Part shown: positions 29,555 through 39,578 of the stretch, one piece after another
Layout: each line of letters opens with the position of its first letter
How positions within the stretch are numbered: position 1 is the stretch's first letter
Assembly: GCA_022564055.1 (NCBI GenBank)
Contig: JADFMD010000001.1
Coordinates: forward strand, 2,738-66,737
From: Gemmatimonadota bacterium
Lineage (GTDB): Bacteria > Gemmatimonadota > Gemmatimonadetes > Longimicrobiales > Gaopeijiaceae
Length of the DNA: 64,000 bases
Reading direction: 5' to 3'
The notes under the pieces: model-generated
Databases searched by the model: none
What the model was told of the DNA's origin: nothing
The model's input: the letters and a program-made list of their open reading frames with translations, nothing else
Program-made: the position numbers and the translations under genes

Positions 29555-30493
29555 TCAGAGATTTCCCTCCCAAAGCTCCCACGCTTCGAGATCTTCCGGC
29601 TCACCAAGAGAGGCGCAAGGGATGGGTTTCACAATCCTTCGATTCAGTCCGCGTAAAACCGAACCCGGTCCGATCTCCAGAAATCGGTCCACCCCGGACT
29701 CGGCCATTTTCAGAACAGAGGCCGCCCATCGCACGGGCGTCGTGAGTTGTCGCACCAATAACGCCCTTGCTTCGTCTCCTGTCGATACCGGCTCCGCGGT
29801 AACATTACCGATGATGGGAAACGTGGGATCGTGGAAGGGCTGGCCTTGTAGCCATGCCTCGAATTCCACGGCCGCTGGCGCCATCAGAGGTGAATGAAAG
29901 GCACCCGAGACACTCAACCGTACCACCCGCTTGGCCCCCTCCTCCATCGCGAGCTCCATCGCTCGACCCACTCCCGCGACGTCCCCGCTGATGACCACCT
30001 GCCCCACCGCGTTGAAGTTCGCCGGGACACACACGCCCGCTTCCACTTCGGCCCGCTGGCAGATCGAAATTACGGTTGTGTCGTCGAGCCCGATCAAGGC
30101 GGCCATGGTACCGGGCCGCTCGACTCCGGCGGCGTACATCAGTTGGCCCCGCAAACGGACGGTGCGAACGGCGGTCGCGAAATCGAGCGTCCCCGCAGCA
30201 ACATGAGCGGAAAATTCCCCCAAGGAGTGCCCTGCGGCCAATCCGACTTCACCCAGACGGCTTTGGATCACCCGGTATACCGAAGTGGAATGCACGAGCA
30301 TCGCCGGCTGCGCATTTTTCGTAAGTACCAGATCGTCCTCGGGCCCCTCCCAAGCGAGCTTGGAGATCGAGAACCCCAAAACGTCATCCGCCTCTTCGAA
30401 CACGCGGGCGGCCTCGGGATAGGCACACGCCAAGGATCGACCCATCCCGACGTGCTGGGAGCCTTGGCCTGGGAAGAGAAGTGCGAGAGACAT
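29555..30493 (-). CDS. fabD: malonyl CoA-ACP transacylase
   Basis: LFPGQGSQHVGM, nucleophile motif GHSLGEFSA. Confidence 0.95.
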   Translation of the reverse strand: MSLALLFPGQGSQHVGMGRSLACAYPEAARVFEEADDVLGFSISKLAWEGPEDDLVLTKNAQPAMLVHSTSVYRVIQSRLGEVGLAAGHSLGEFSAHVAAGTLDFATAVRTVRLRGQLMYAAGVERPGTMAALIGLDDTTVISICQRAEVEAGVCVPANFNAVGQVVISGDVAGVGRAMELAMEEGAKRVVRLSVSGAFHSPLMAPAAVEFEAWLQGQPFHDPTFPIIGNVTAEPVSTGDEARALLVRQLTTPVRWAASVLKMAESGVDRFLEIGPGSVLRGLNRRIVKPIPCASLGEPEDLEAWELWEGNL

Positions 30494-30524
30494 GATCAGG
30501 CGCGGTCTCTTTGACCGCCCCTTC

Positions 30525-31517
30525 TTACCAGCGGACAGTCATGGCACCCCAGGTCAACCCAGCCCCGAATGCCACGAGTAAAAGGTTCATTCCCGGGTGT
30601 AGCCGCCCCTCCTCGATCGCCTCGTCCATTGCCACCGGGATGGTCGCAGAGCTCATATTTCCATATCGATCGACGTTCACGAACACTTTCTCCATGGGAA
30701 GGCCCGCATAACGCGCAGTGGCCTTGATGATTCGGATGTTGGCTTGATGGGGGAACACCAGGTCCACGTCCTCCAGCTCCCAGCCCGAGCGTTCCAGCGC
30801 CTTTCCGGAGCTATCCGCCATCGCACGGACCGCATGCTTGAAGATCTCCCTTCCCGACATCCGCAAAAGATGGGTCCGATTTCGAAGTACCTCCTCGTCC
30901 ATCGGAATCGCCGCGCCTCCGGCCGGGCGGTACAGGAGATCGGCCAAGGTTCCATCGGACTGGTGGTGGGTACCCAGGATACCTCGCTCCCCCTCCGAGC
31001 TCCGAAGGACCGCCGCACCCGCCCCATCACCGAACAACACGCAAGTGGCCCGATCCTCCCAATCTACGATGGCACTCAACTTCTCCGTGGCGATGACGAG
31101 GGCGATCTCGCCGCGGCCCGTCGAGATATATCCTTCGGCCACCGTGAGTCCATACAGGAAACCGGTGCAGGCACCGATCACGTCGAAGGCGACGGCTTTC
31201 GTAGCCCCGATGAGCGCCTGGATATCACAAGCGGTGGCGGGAAGCAAGCGGTCGGGTGTCGCCGTGGACACGATGAGGACGTCCACGTCCGCGGGCTCCA
31301 GGCCGGCTCGCTCCAGGGCGATTCGAGCGGCAGCCGTACCCATATCTGCGGCGGTCATCTCTGGGGGTGCGATGCGGCGCTCACGGATTCCGGTCCGCTC
31401 GAAGATCCACTCATCGGTGGTCTCCACGATCGATTCCATATCTCGATTCGTGACGACGTGTTCGGGCAGGAATCGGCCCGTCGACACGATTTCGACGAAC
31501 GGATTCTTCGTGATCAA
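30525..31517 (-). CDS. fabH: beta-ketoacyl-ACP synthase III
   Basis: Active-site GACTGFLYGL, HQANIRI, GAGLTWGA. Confidence 0.95.
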   Translation of the reverse strand: MITKNPFVEIVSTGRFLPEHVVTNRDMESIVETTDEWIFERTGIRERRIAPPEMTAADMGTAAARIALERAGLEPADVDVLIVSTATPDRLLPATACDIQALIGATKAVAFDVIGACTGFLYGLTVAEGYISTGRGEIALVIATEKLSAIVDWEDRATCVLFGDGAGAAVLRSSEGERGILGTHHQSDGTLADLLYRPAGGAAIPMDEEVLRNRTHLLRMSGREIFKHAVRAMADSSGKALERSGWELEDVDLVFPHQANIRIIKATARYAGLPMEKVFVNVDRYGNMSSATIPVAMDEAIEEGRLHPGMNLLLVAFGAGLTWGAMTVRW

Positions 31518-32509
31518 ACCGTGCTGCCCGATTCAATGGTGGGAGCCAGTTCCCGCACGAAGTGAGAGACCATCGACGCCTTGGCTGCTCTGTCCGCGAC
31601 CCGGATCGCATTTTCGATCGCCTTCGGTGGTGAGGCTCCATGGCAAATGATGGGAATTCCGTTCACCCCGAGCAGTGGAGCGCCCCCAGTCTCCGTGTAG
31701 TCCAACAGCCGGAAAACCTCCTCGAGATCCTGGCTGGCCTGGGCGTCGCCCAGGGCACTCGTCAACAGCCCCACAATGAAGCCCGCCACGGACTCGTAAA
31801 ACTTGAGGAGCACGTTTCCGACGAATCCGTCACACACCAGTACATCGCATCCACCCTCGACAATTCCGCGGCCCTCCACGTTACCAACAAAGTTGAGACC
31901 GCTTTCCGTCAAGGCCTGGTACGTCGCCACAGCCAATTCGTCACCCTTCTTCGGCTCCTCGCCAATATTGAGAAGCGCGATACGAGGGTCGGAAATACCC
32001 ATCAAATCCTGCGCGTACACCTTCCCCAAGCGCGCGAATTGTACGAGTTGGTGTGGCTTACAATCCACGTTCGCTCCGGCGTCCAATAGCAACAATGGAC
32101 CTCCGGCCGACGGAACCACCGTGCCGATCGCCGGACGATCCACCCCCTCCAAAGGCCGGAGGATAATAAGCGATGCAGCCATGACGGCACCGGTGGACCC
32201 CGCGCTGATAAAGGCGTCAGCCTTACCGTCCTTATGGAGGCCTATGCCGATGGCGATGGACGAGTTGGGTTTGCGCCTCAGGACCGTCGAGGCCGGCTCG
32301 CCTGGCAAGACGCGGTCGGGCGCGTGAACGATGCTCAGGCGATCGGTCGGGAACGCCGCGTGTTTGGCGAGCTCGGCCTGAAGCGAATCGAGGTCGCCCA
32401 CCAAAATGACTTCAAAGTCGGATTCAGGATCTTTTAGGGCGCTGACAGCGCCGGCCACCTCGGGCGCGGGGGCCGTATCGGTCCCCATGGCGTCAAGTGC
32501 AATCCGCAC
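31514..32509 (-). CDS. plsX: phosphate acyltransferase PlsX
   Basis: MRIALDAMG, SAGSTGAVMA, GFVGNV. 4-nt overlap with the fabH start. Canonical rpmF-plsX-fabH order. Confidence 0.95.
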   Translation of the reverse strand: MRIALDAMGTDTAPAPEVAGAVSALKDPESDFEVILVGDLDSLQAELAKHAAFPTDRLSIVHAPDRVLPGEPASTVLRRKPNSSIAIGIGLHKDGKADAFISAGSTGAVMAASLIILRPLEGVDRPAIGTVVPSAGGPLLLLDAGANVDCKPHQLVQFARLGKVYAQDLMGISDPRIALLNIGEEPKKGDELAVATYQALTESGLNFVGNVEGRGIVEGGCDVLVCDGFVGNVLLKFYESVAGFIVGLLTSALGDAQASQDLEEVFRLLDYTETGGAPLLGVNGIPIICHGASPPKAIENAIRVADRAAKASMVSHFVRELAPTIESGSTV

Positions 32510-32533
32510 CTCAATCGATCCCGTTGCTCGAAG

Positions 32534-32716
32534 TCAGTCCGAGTCCATTTCCAGCACCTGCTCTCCACCGTAGTACCCACAACTGGGGCACACCCGATGT
32601 GGGATCTTGGGATCTCCACAACGGGAGCAGGCGTTCGTGACCACAGGTTCAGCTTTGTAATGAGTGCGACGCTTACGTTTGCGTTGCTTCGAAGTTCTCT
32701 TCTTCGGTACAGCCAT
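32534..32716 (-). CDS. rpmF: 50S ribosomal protein L32
   Basis: MAVPKKRTSKQRKRKRRTHYK; zinc-ribbon CSRCG..CPSCG. Confidence 0.95.
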   Translation of the reverse strand: MAVPKKRTSKQRKRKRRTHYKAEPVVTNACSRCGDPKIPHRVCPSCGYYGGEQVLEMDSD

Positions 32717-32725
32717 CGATCTCGC

Positions 32726-33235
32726 TCACTTTTTCTCGAGTGCTCGGAGGGCATCCCAACGTGGGTCCGCGCCTCCCGGTGAACACGTACATTCGGACTC
32801 GTTCAAATTCTCACCACATCCGGCGCACAGACCGGAACAGTCGACCCGGCATTCCGCAAAGGAGGGGATTGCGAGGATCACCTCCTCGCGCAGGTACGGG
32901 CTGAGGTCGATCTCCCGGACCCCCGTTTCGAGGAGGTAGGTCTCACCATCGTCCTCTCCCAACAGATCCGACGGAGCGAAGAGAAGCGTGACATCGATAT
33001 CGACTCGCCGCTCCACGCGATCGAGGCACAGGCGGCATTGTTGACGCACCTTACCCACCACGCCGCCTCGCACGACCAACTCGCCCGAGCCCGCCCACGT
33101 GGCGTTCAATAAAACGCGGAGGGGTTCCTCGAAGGTGAATGAAGACCCCTCGAAGAGGTCGCTGTCCGCCTCAAACCGCCCCTCGACTCGCAGCGTCCGT
33201 CGTCGCTCCAAGTCACCCAAATCGACTTTGAGCAT
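32726..33235 (-). CDS. yceD: YceD/DUF177-family protein (large-subunit rRNA accumulation protein)
   Basis: Position directly upstream of rpmF and a C-terminal Cys cluster (CRVDCSGLCAGCGENLNESECTC). The ATG at 33235 lies downstream of the ndk stop (33288). Confidence 0.8.
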   Translation of the reverse strand: MLKVDLGDLERRRTLRVEGRFEADSDLFEGSSFTFEEPLRVLLNATWAGSGELVVRGGVVGKVRQQCRLCLDRVERRVDIDVTLLFAPSDLLGEDDGETYLLETGVREIDLSPYLREEVILAIPSFAECRVDCSGLCAGCGENLNESECTCSPGGADPRWDALRALEKK

Positions 33236-33287
33236 AGTCGAAAAAATATCCCAAGCTCCGGAGGGAGTCAACGCGGTGGACGGCTCC

Positions 33288-33707
33288 CTAAAGGCCGAGT
33301 GTTTGATGTGCGGAAAAGAAAAACGCGATCTCGGCGGAAGCGTTTTCATCCGAGTCGGAGGCGTGAATGGCATTACGCTCCTTCGACTCCGCAAACAGCT
33401 TGCGGACCGTTCCATCATCGGCCTCGGCGGGATCGGTCGCTCCGATCACCTTACGAAGCTCCATGACCGCATCGTCGGCCTCGAGGACCACGGGGATCAG
33501 GGGGCCCGAGGTCATGAACGTCACCAAAGAATCGAAAAAGGGACGCTCCTTGTGGACGGAGTAAAACGCCCCCGCCTGCACCGTATTCAGCCGAGTCATC
33601 TGCAAGGCCCTGACCGTAAAGCCAGCGGCTTCGAGATGGGCCAAAATATTTCCCGCTCTGCCGGACTGGACCGCATCCGGTTTTATGATTCCGAGCGTAA
33701 GACTCAT
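33288..33707 (-). CDS. ndk: nucleoside-diphosphate kinase
   Basis: TLGIIKPDAV, GATDP, NAIHASDS (catalytic His). Confidence 0.95.
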   Translation of the reverse strand: MSLTLGIIKPDAVQSGRAGNILAHLEAAGFTVRALQMTRLNTVQAGAFYSVHKERPFFDSLVTFMTSGPLIPVVLEADDAVMELRKVIGATDPAEADDGTVRKLFAESKERNAIHASDSDENASAEIAFFFSAHQTLGL

Positions 33708-34660
33708 CTACGTCTCTTCCTCTCTCTCTTGAACGAAGTATCGGGGAAGAGCCACCGAAGCACCTCCCCCCGGGTGAGTAGCCCGACCATTTCTCCGTCT
33801 CGAATCACTGGGAGCTGCTCGACGTCCCGATTCACCATGATCGAGGCCGCCTCGATGAGACTCTGTTCTTCCGAGATACACATTACGGCACGGGTCATGA
33901 TTTCCCTCGCCGTCGGTTCCGTCCGGGCGGTCGCATAACTCCCGCCGACGCTCTCGACTCGGGCCTGCGAGACGAGCTCATTCATCGCCTCCCCGGTCGT
34001 GATGACGCCGAGAAACTCGTAATTCTCCCCCACAACGGGGACGGCCTGTAGCCCCCTTCTGACCATGAGATCCACGACCTCGGAATATGGCGTATCCGGA
34101 TAGACACGGTACTGGATGGGCTCGACCACGTCCTCTACGAGAAGACTCCGATGAGGATCGAGTTCCATGAACTGCGAAACCCGCAAAACCGCATCGGCGG
34201 ACCGAGCGTCCAAGAGCGGAGTCACGTTCGCTTCGTCTCGAAAAAACCGTTTCAACGTGGGGAGCAGCCGATCTCTCAGGGAATCGAGGCTCCGGGGCGT
34301 CACCAATAGAAAGACGATTTCAGACCCGTTCTCGTGTGGGGAAGCGTCGCCGTCCGCCTCAGGGAGACTCGCGGCCGAAGCGGCCTCAATCCCCTCCGCG
34401 GTAAACCGCGCCGGTGACACCCCGATGGCGGCAGAGATTTCCTCGAGGCCATCGGACTCCGCGAGGGCCACCACGACGCGCTCGTGTACACGATGAATCT
34501 CTCCAGATACGCCCCCGAGGAGTTCTGTGGCGAGTTTCTTGGCGGCCTCGTCCGACACCCTCGTAACGGCTCGGAAGGCACGCGTCAAAGCCCCTTCCAG
34601 ATCCGGCGCATCGAGCGGCACGAGGATCGCCCCACGCCGAAGCATTTCAACGATCTTCAT
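33704..34660 (-). CDS. CBS-pair protein with an N-terminal regulatory domain (possibly PTS-EIIA type-2/PtsN-like)
   Basis: Two CBS motifs (VYPDTPYSEVVDLMVRRGLQAVPVV.., ISEEQSLIEAASIMVNRDVEQLPVI). The N-terminus MKIVEMLRRGAILVPLDAPDLEGAL resembles the start of EIIA-2 domains. ATG at 34660 with GGAGGG upstream; the longer ORF would overlap sucD. Confidence 0.65.
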   Translation of the reverse strand: MKIVEMLRRGAILVPLDAPDLEGALTRAFRAVTRVSDEAAKKLATELLGGVSGEIHRVHERVVVALAESDGLEEISAAIGVSPARFTAEGIEAASAASLPEADGDASPHENGSEIVFLLVTPRSLDSLRDRLLPTLKRFFRDEANVTPLLDARSADAVLRVSQFMELDPHRSLLVEDVVEPIQYRVYPDTPYSEVVDLMVRRGLQAVPVVGENYEFLGVITTGEAMNELVSQARVESVGGSYATARTEPTAREIMTRAVMCISEEQSLIEAASIMVNRDVEQLPVIRDGEMVGLLTRGEVLRWLFPDTSFKRERKRRR

Positions 34661-34680
34661 TCGTCCCTCCCCAGGAGGAG

Positions 34681-35577
34681 CTAGGCGAACTTTGCAGAAA
34701 GCACGGCCTGGATCAGGCCGACAATATCGGCGGGGCGTTCGGCCACGGCGATGCCGTTCTCCTCGAAGGCCTTCATCTTGTCCTCCGCAGTCCCAGAGGA
34801 ACCACTGATAATTGCGCCTGCATGTCCCATGCGGCGCCCCGGAGGAGCGGTCTGCCCGGCGATGAACCCTACGACGGGGATATCCAGGTTGGCGCTCACC
34901 CACTCCGCCGCTTCTTGTTCGTCGGTGCCGCCGATTTCTCCGATCATGACGATCGCTTCGGTATCACCATCAGCAGCGAAGGCCTCGAGCACATCGACGA
35001 AGTTCGTCCCGATGAGCGGATCACCCCCGATCCCCACACAAGTCGTCTGTCCGACGCCGGCTTTGGTCAGGAGCATCACCGCTTCATACGTGAGCGTTCC
35101 AGAACGAGAAATTACGCCTACGGGTCCAGGTGTTACGATATCGCCCGAAATAATACCTACCTTCGCCTTTCCGGGAGAGATGACGCCAGGACAGTTGGGC
35201 CCCAGCACCCGCGCCCCGCGATCTCGAGCGAAGGCGTGTGCCCGAGCCATATCCTGCACTGGGATCCCCTCGGTGATGGCCACGACCAACGAAATCCCGG
35301 CGTCCGCAGCCTCCTCGACTGCGCTCGCCGCGAAGGCTGGCGGCACGTACACCACTGAGGTGTTGGCTCCCGTTTCGGCCACCGCCTCATCCATGGAGTT
35401 GAAGATCGGCACCCCAAGGCCCCCGGGGCCCTGGAACGTCTGCCCACCTTTTCCCGGTGTGACGCCCGCGACCACGGCGGTCCCGTACTCCATGATCTGA
35501 AGCGTGTGAAAAGACCCATCCCTCCCCGTGATCCCTTGGACCACGAGCTTGGTGTTTTCGTCGACTAAAATCGCCAT
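34681..35577 (-). CDS. sucD: succinate--CoA ligase subunit alpha
   Basis: [28 protein letters not shown] (phosphohistidine loop). Confidence 0.97.
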   Translation of the reverse strand: MAILVDENTKLVVQGITGRDGSFHTLQIMEYGTAVVAGVTPGKGGQTFQGPGGLGVPIFNSMDEAVAETGANTSVVYVPPAFAASAVEEAADAGISLVVAITEGIPVQDMARAHAFARDRGARVLGPNCPGVISPGKAKVGIISGDIVTPGPVGVISRSGTLTYEAVMLLTKAGVGQTTCVGIGGDPLIGTNFVDVLEAFAADGDTEAIVMIGEIGGTDEQEAAEWVSANLDIPVVGFIAGQTAPPGRRMGHAGAIISGSSGTAEDKMKAFEENGIAVAERPADIVGLIQAVLSAKFA

Positions 35578-35639
35578 CTATCGTCTCTTCTTACGCATCC
35601 GTGAGGAGAACCGGCTACACCGCGGGGCCACCGGCGCCC

Positions 35640-36776
35640 CTAACCCGTCTTCACCATCTGAACCGCTCGCTCGACCACCTCATCCATGGACGAAAACGCC
35701 GTAAATCCAGCCTCCTCTAAAATGTCGAGCCCTTCTTTTTCGTTGGTGCCGATGAGGCGAATAACGATTGGGGGCGTGATATCGATACGTTTCGTCGCCT
35801 CGACGATTCCCCGCGCTACATCGTCGCAGCGGGTAATTCCCCCGAAGATATTGAACAGGATTACCTTTACGTTCGGATCCGAAGTGATGATCTCAAGCGC
35901 GGTGACGACCTTTTCCGGATTCGACGAGCCTCCAATATCGAGAAAATTGGCGGGTTCTCCGCCGTAATACTTCACGAGGTCCATGGTGGCCATGGCCAGC
36001 CCGGCTCCGTTGACACAGCAACCCACGTTCCCTTCCAGTTTGACGTAGCTGAGGTCGGCTTCCCGAGCCTTGGTCTCGGGCGCGGGTTCCGCCGACAGAT
36101 CCCTGTATTCAACCAACTCCGGATGCCGGAATAGTTCGCTGTCGTCGATGGTCATCTTCGCATCGATCGCCTTGACCTCTCCCGACGTCGTCGTGATGAG
36201 AGGATTGATCTCGATCATCGACGCTCCACTGGACGTGAATGCAGCGTGGAGCTGGCGAATGATCTTCGCCGCCTGCTTCACCAGGGCCGGATCGTCGTAG
36301 AGCGAGTTCGCCAACCAGTACGCCTGATGATTCATGAGGCCATACCGGGGATCGACCGTGAGCTTCCGTATGGCATCCGGATCGGTGTGCGCGACCTGCT
36401 CGATGTCGATCCCGCCTTCGGCCGAAACCATGAAGGTGGCGGCCTGAGATTTTCGGTCGATGAGAATACCGACGTAGGCTTCCGTTTCGATGTCTTCCGC
36501 CGGCGTGATCAAAATTTTTTCGACCGTGAGATCCGAAATCGTCATTCCGAGGATCGCTTCGGCGTGTTCACGAACTTCGGCGGCGGTCGTGGCCAGCTTC
36601 ACTCCGCCGGCCTTGCCCCGCCCCCCGGAGTGAACCTGAGCCTTCACAACCACGGTCCCTCCATACCGCTCTGCGATCGACACGGCCTCGTCGGGCGTGG
36701 TGGCGACCTCTCCAGGGGGCACCGGAATGCCGTTGGCGCGTAGAATTTCCTTGGCCTGATACTCGTGGATATTCAT
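35640..36776 (-). CDS. sucC: succinate--CoA ligase subunit beta (ADP-forming)
   Basis: MNIHEYQAKEIL, VVKAQVHSGGRGKAGGVK, NIFGGITRCD. Confidence 0.97.
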   Translation of the reverse strand: MNIHEYQAKEILRANGIPVPPGEVATTPDEAVSIAERYGGTVVVKAQVHSGGRGKAGGVKLATTAAEVREHAEAILGMTISDLTVEKILITPAEDIETEAYVGILIDRKSQAATFMVSAEGGIDIEQVAHTDPDAIRKLTVDPRYGLMNHQAYWLANSLYDDPALVKQAAKIIRQLHAAFTSSGASMIEINPLITTTSGEVKAIDAKMTIDDSELFRHPELVEYRDLSAEPAPETKAREADLSYVKLEGNVGCCVNGAGLAMATMDLVKYYGGEPANFLDIGGSSNPEKVVTALEIITSDPNVKVILFNIFGGITRCDDVARGIVEATKRIDITPPIVIRLIGTNEKEGLDILEEAGFTAFSSMDEVVERAVQMVKTG

Positions 36777-36815
36777 GCGAGCCTAGAAGTGCATGGTGTA
36801 GATGGTCCGGTGTCC

Positions 36816-39578
36816 CTAGTTGACCGTGCCGAAGGAGAGTCGCATGAGAAGTGCCCGAAGGTCAGCGAGGGTTTCTCCGAAGCCCTGGAAATCTCCGCTT
36901 CGCAGGGCGGCATCCGCCGCATCGAGCAGTTCCAGAGCCTCAGCCGGCCACTGGTCGGTGTCCAGGGAGGGAAGATCCGACGAGCCATCTGCAAAGATCA
37001 ACGGTGGGGCAGCCGCATCGGCGCTCCTGGCCAACGCCTGAATCGCTTCCCGAAGCGTTTCCTCCATCGCCACCCGGTACCCGTCGCTCACGACGAAACG
37101 CCTCAGTTCCGGGATCGCGTCCTCTTCGGCCGCGAGGAACACGGGCTCCATGTAGAGGAGCGTTCGGCCGACCGGTACCAAATGCAGATGCCCGGTCCAC
37201 ACCTGGCTTCCTCCGGTTCTCCACAGCGAGAACTGTTGCGAGATCACCGGATCCTGCTCGATCAGGGCCTCCACCTGACGGGGCCCCGGAACCTGATCCT
37301 CAATGGGAACGTCAAACAGAATGAGCTCACCGTATCGGTCGGGATCGCTCGAGGCGGTCAAGATGGCGGTCAGATTTTGCCGTCCACGTGGCACGAACAC
37401 GGAGGTGAGCAAAAAGTCCTTCTGCTCCTCTCCCGGCAGCCGATACAGGGCGTACTCCGGCTGATAGGGCACGGGAGTCGTACCCTGAGCCAACTCCGTG
37501 GGCAGGGTCCAGACGTCCTGCTGGCCGTGGAAGAGTGCCGCCGTCTCCTGGTGATATTGAAAAAGGACGCGGGCCTGGAGGCCCAGCATGCTCCGGGGGT
37601 AACGGATGTGGTCGCGTAGCCCCTGCGGCATGTCACTCAACGGCCTGAACAGCGTAGGAAAGCCCCGCGCGTAGGTCCGGAGCAGCGGATCCACGTCGTC
37701 GATGACGTAGAAAGCCACCTCGCCCGTGATCGCGTCGATCGTGATCTTCACGCTGTTTCGGACGTACCGGACGGGCCTTCCCGCCTCGAGATCGTGCAGC
37801 GTCGACAGGGGAAAAGAGCGCGTTCCGGTGAACCCCTCCAGGATCCAGACGATCCCCCCCTCGTGAATGACCGGGTATGGATCTTCGGGAAACCGGAGTA
37901 ATTGTCCGGAAATTTGCCTCACGCGCCCAACAACATCTCTCCGAAAAATGAACCGGCTCGTCCGATTCACCTCCGAAGCGAAAAGCAGGTTGGCATCCCT
38001 GAAACGCCAGGCGAGGGCGAGCGTCTTCAGGGGCGAGTCGAGTTGAATTCCCTCGGGAAAGTCGATGCCGGCTTGTCGCGCCCCGCCGTCCGCACCCCCG
38101 GATTCCCGCGGATTGACCACCGCATAGTCCTGCGGTCGTACTCCCACGTAGACATTCGGGCGAGTCAGCCTGAGGCCTTCGGGTGCGGCGTCACTCGCCG
38201 AAAACTCCGGGGGAATCCCCGACACGAACATCCTGGGACGCCCCTCAGGGGTACGGGCCGTCGCTTCAATGACCACCGCTCCCATCCCCCGGATGTAGTC
38301 GTCCCGGAGATGTATGTTCTGCCAATTCGGATCCTGGATCCCCCTCGGAAGAACCTCCCGCACGGCTAGCGCTACCGGGACCAACCCATCCGGACCCTCG
38401 TAGCGATCCACGGTCACGCCCGAAAAATCGTAATAGGGGAAACGGGCCTCCAACTGTCGGAAGGTCGTCAGAAGCGCCTGCGCACTCCAAACAGGAAGAC
38501 CCTGGAACTGGGAGGCCGCCTCTTGCCAGTCTACGTTGGCGGTCCGCTCGTAGTCGAACTCGCGCCGTTCCAGATTCGTCAGGTCGAAGCCCATTCGAGT
38601 GAACCGCATGTTCTCCAGAATGAACGGCGATTCACGTTCCAGCTCATTGGGCTCTACACGAAAGCGCTGGATGAAGGACGGGTACGCCTGTCCCACGGCC
38701 AGCCCACCCACGATCAGGACACCGGAGGTGATGATCAGGGGTAGCGGGCGATTTTTGAAACCGCTCCACAGCGCGGCGGCGGAAACCGAAAGAGCGAGCA
38801 GGGCGAGGATGCCGTAGGCGGGCATGCGCGCTTCGGCGTCGGCGAATCCGAAGATTCCCTGTACGCCGGAGGTTCCGTTGAGGAGCAGGACGAAGCGCGC
38901 GAGCCAGAACTGCGCCGCCAACATGACGGAGAACGCCGCGATGATAACCCCGAGGTGTGTCCGGGGTCGTTTTTCGACAACGAAACGCCCTGGCCCCCAT
39001 TGGAGCGCCCCGGTGGCCGCATATCCCGCCGTGACGAGCGTAAAGATGAGGAAAAAAACGACGAGCCCCAACGTCACGAGTGCCCTCAAAAGAGGCAACA
39101 AGATGACGAAAAACATCAAATCCTGCCCTAGGAACGGATCCGTCACGCCCCACTCGGGCGCGTTCAGTAAATAGAGGACGCTGAGACCCATGGACCCCGG
39201 GACAGAGGCCCCAAACCAGAGCCCGATCAATGCGGAAGCTATCGCCACGCTCCAAACCACTACAGCCTGGGGGAGCTGCTCCGAGATCACGAGGTCGCCC
39301 ACCCTGCGCTTGATCTTGATGCCACCGAGCGAACGGGCGATAAAACGAAGGTTGAGGAAGCACACCGCGCCCACCAACACGGCTACCATCACACGTGCTC
39401 CCCACTCCCAGAGAACCCGTGTCCAAAGGACCGACAAGTAACCCTGGGACTCGAACCACAGGATTTCGATATAAGCGTTCGCTGCCAGCCGCCCGACCAA
39501 CAGGATCGTCAGCAACCCGACCACCAGAGTCGCCAAAAGGCGCCCGCCGCTCAAATCTCGGATTTTCACGTTATACAA
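36816..39578 (-). CDS. UPF0182-family large membrane protein
   Basis: 920 aa with about 7 N-terminal TM helices and a large C-terminal domain. Motifs YVRNSVKITIDAITGEVAFYV and LYMEPVFL recall UPF0182 proteins. Function unknown. Confidence 0.7.
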   Translation of the reverse strand: MYNVKIRDLSGGRLLATLVVGLLTILLVGRLAANAYIEILWFESQGYLSVLWTRVLWEWGARVMVAVLVGAVCFLNLRFIARSLGGIKIKRRVGDLVISEQLPQAVVVWSVAIASALIGLWFGASVPGSMGLSVLYLLNAPEWGVTDPFLGQDLMFFVILLPLLRALVTLGLVVFFLIFTLVTAGYAATGALQWGPGRFVVEKRPRTHLGVIIAAFSVMLAAQFWLARFVLLLNGTSGVQGIFGFADAEARMPAYGILALLALSVSAAALWSGFKNRPLPLIITSGVLIVGGLAVGQAYPSFIQRFRVEPNELERESPFILENMRFTRMGFDLTNLERREFDYERTANVDWQEAASQFQGLPVWSAQALLTTFRQLEARFPYYDFSGVTVDRYEGPDGLVPVALAVREVLPRGIQDPNWQNIHLRDDYIRGMGAVVIEATARTPEGRPRMFVSGIPPEFSASDAAPEGLRLTRPNVYVGVRPQDYAVVNPRESGGADGGARQAGIDFPEGIQLDSPLKTLALAWRFRDANLLFASEVNRTSRFIFRRDVVGRVRQISGQLLRFPEDPYPVIHEGGIVWILEGFTGTRSFPLSTLHDLEAGRPVRYVRNSVKITIDAITGEVAFYVIDDVDPLLRTYARGFPTLFRPLSDMPQGLRDHIRYPRSMLGLQARVLFQYHQETAALFHGQQDVWTLPTELAQGTTPVPYQPEYALYRLPGEEQKDFLLTSVFVPRGRQNLTAILTASSDPDRYGELILFDVPIEDQVPGPRQVEALIEQDPVISQQFSLWRTGGSQVWTGHLHLVPVGRTLLYMEPVFLAAEEDAIPELRRFVVSDGYRVAMEETLREAIQALARSADAAAPPLIFADGSSDLPSLDTDQWPAEALELLDAADAALRSGDFQGFGETLADLRALLMRLSFGTVN

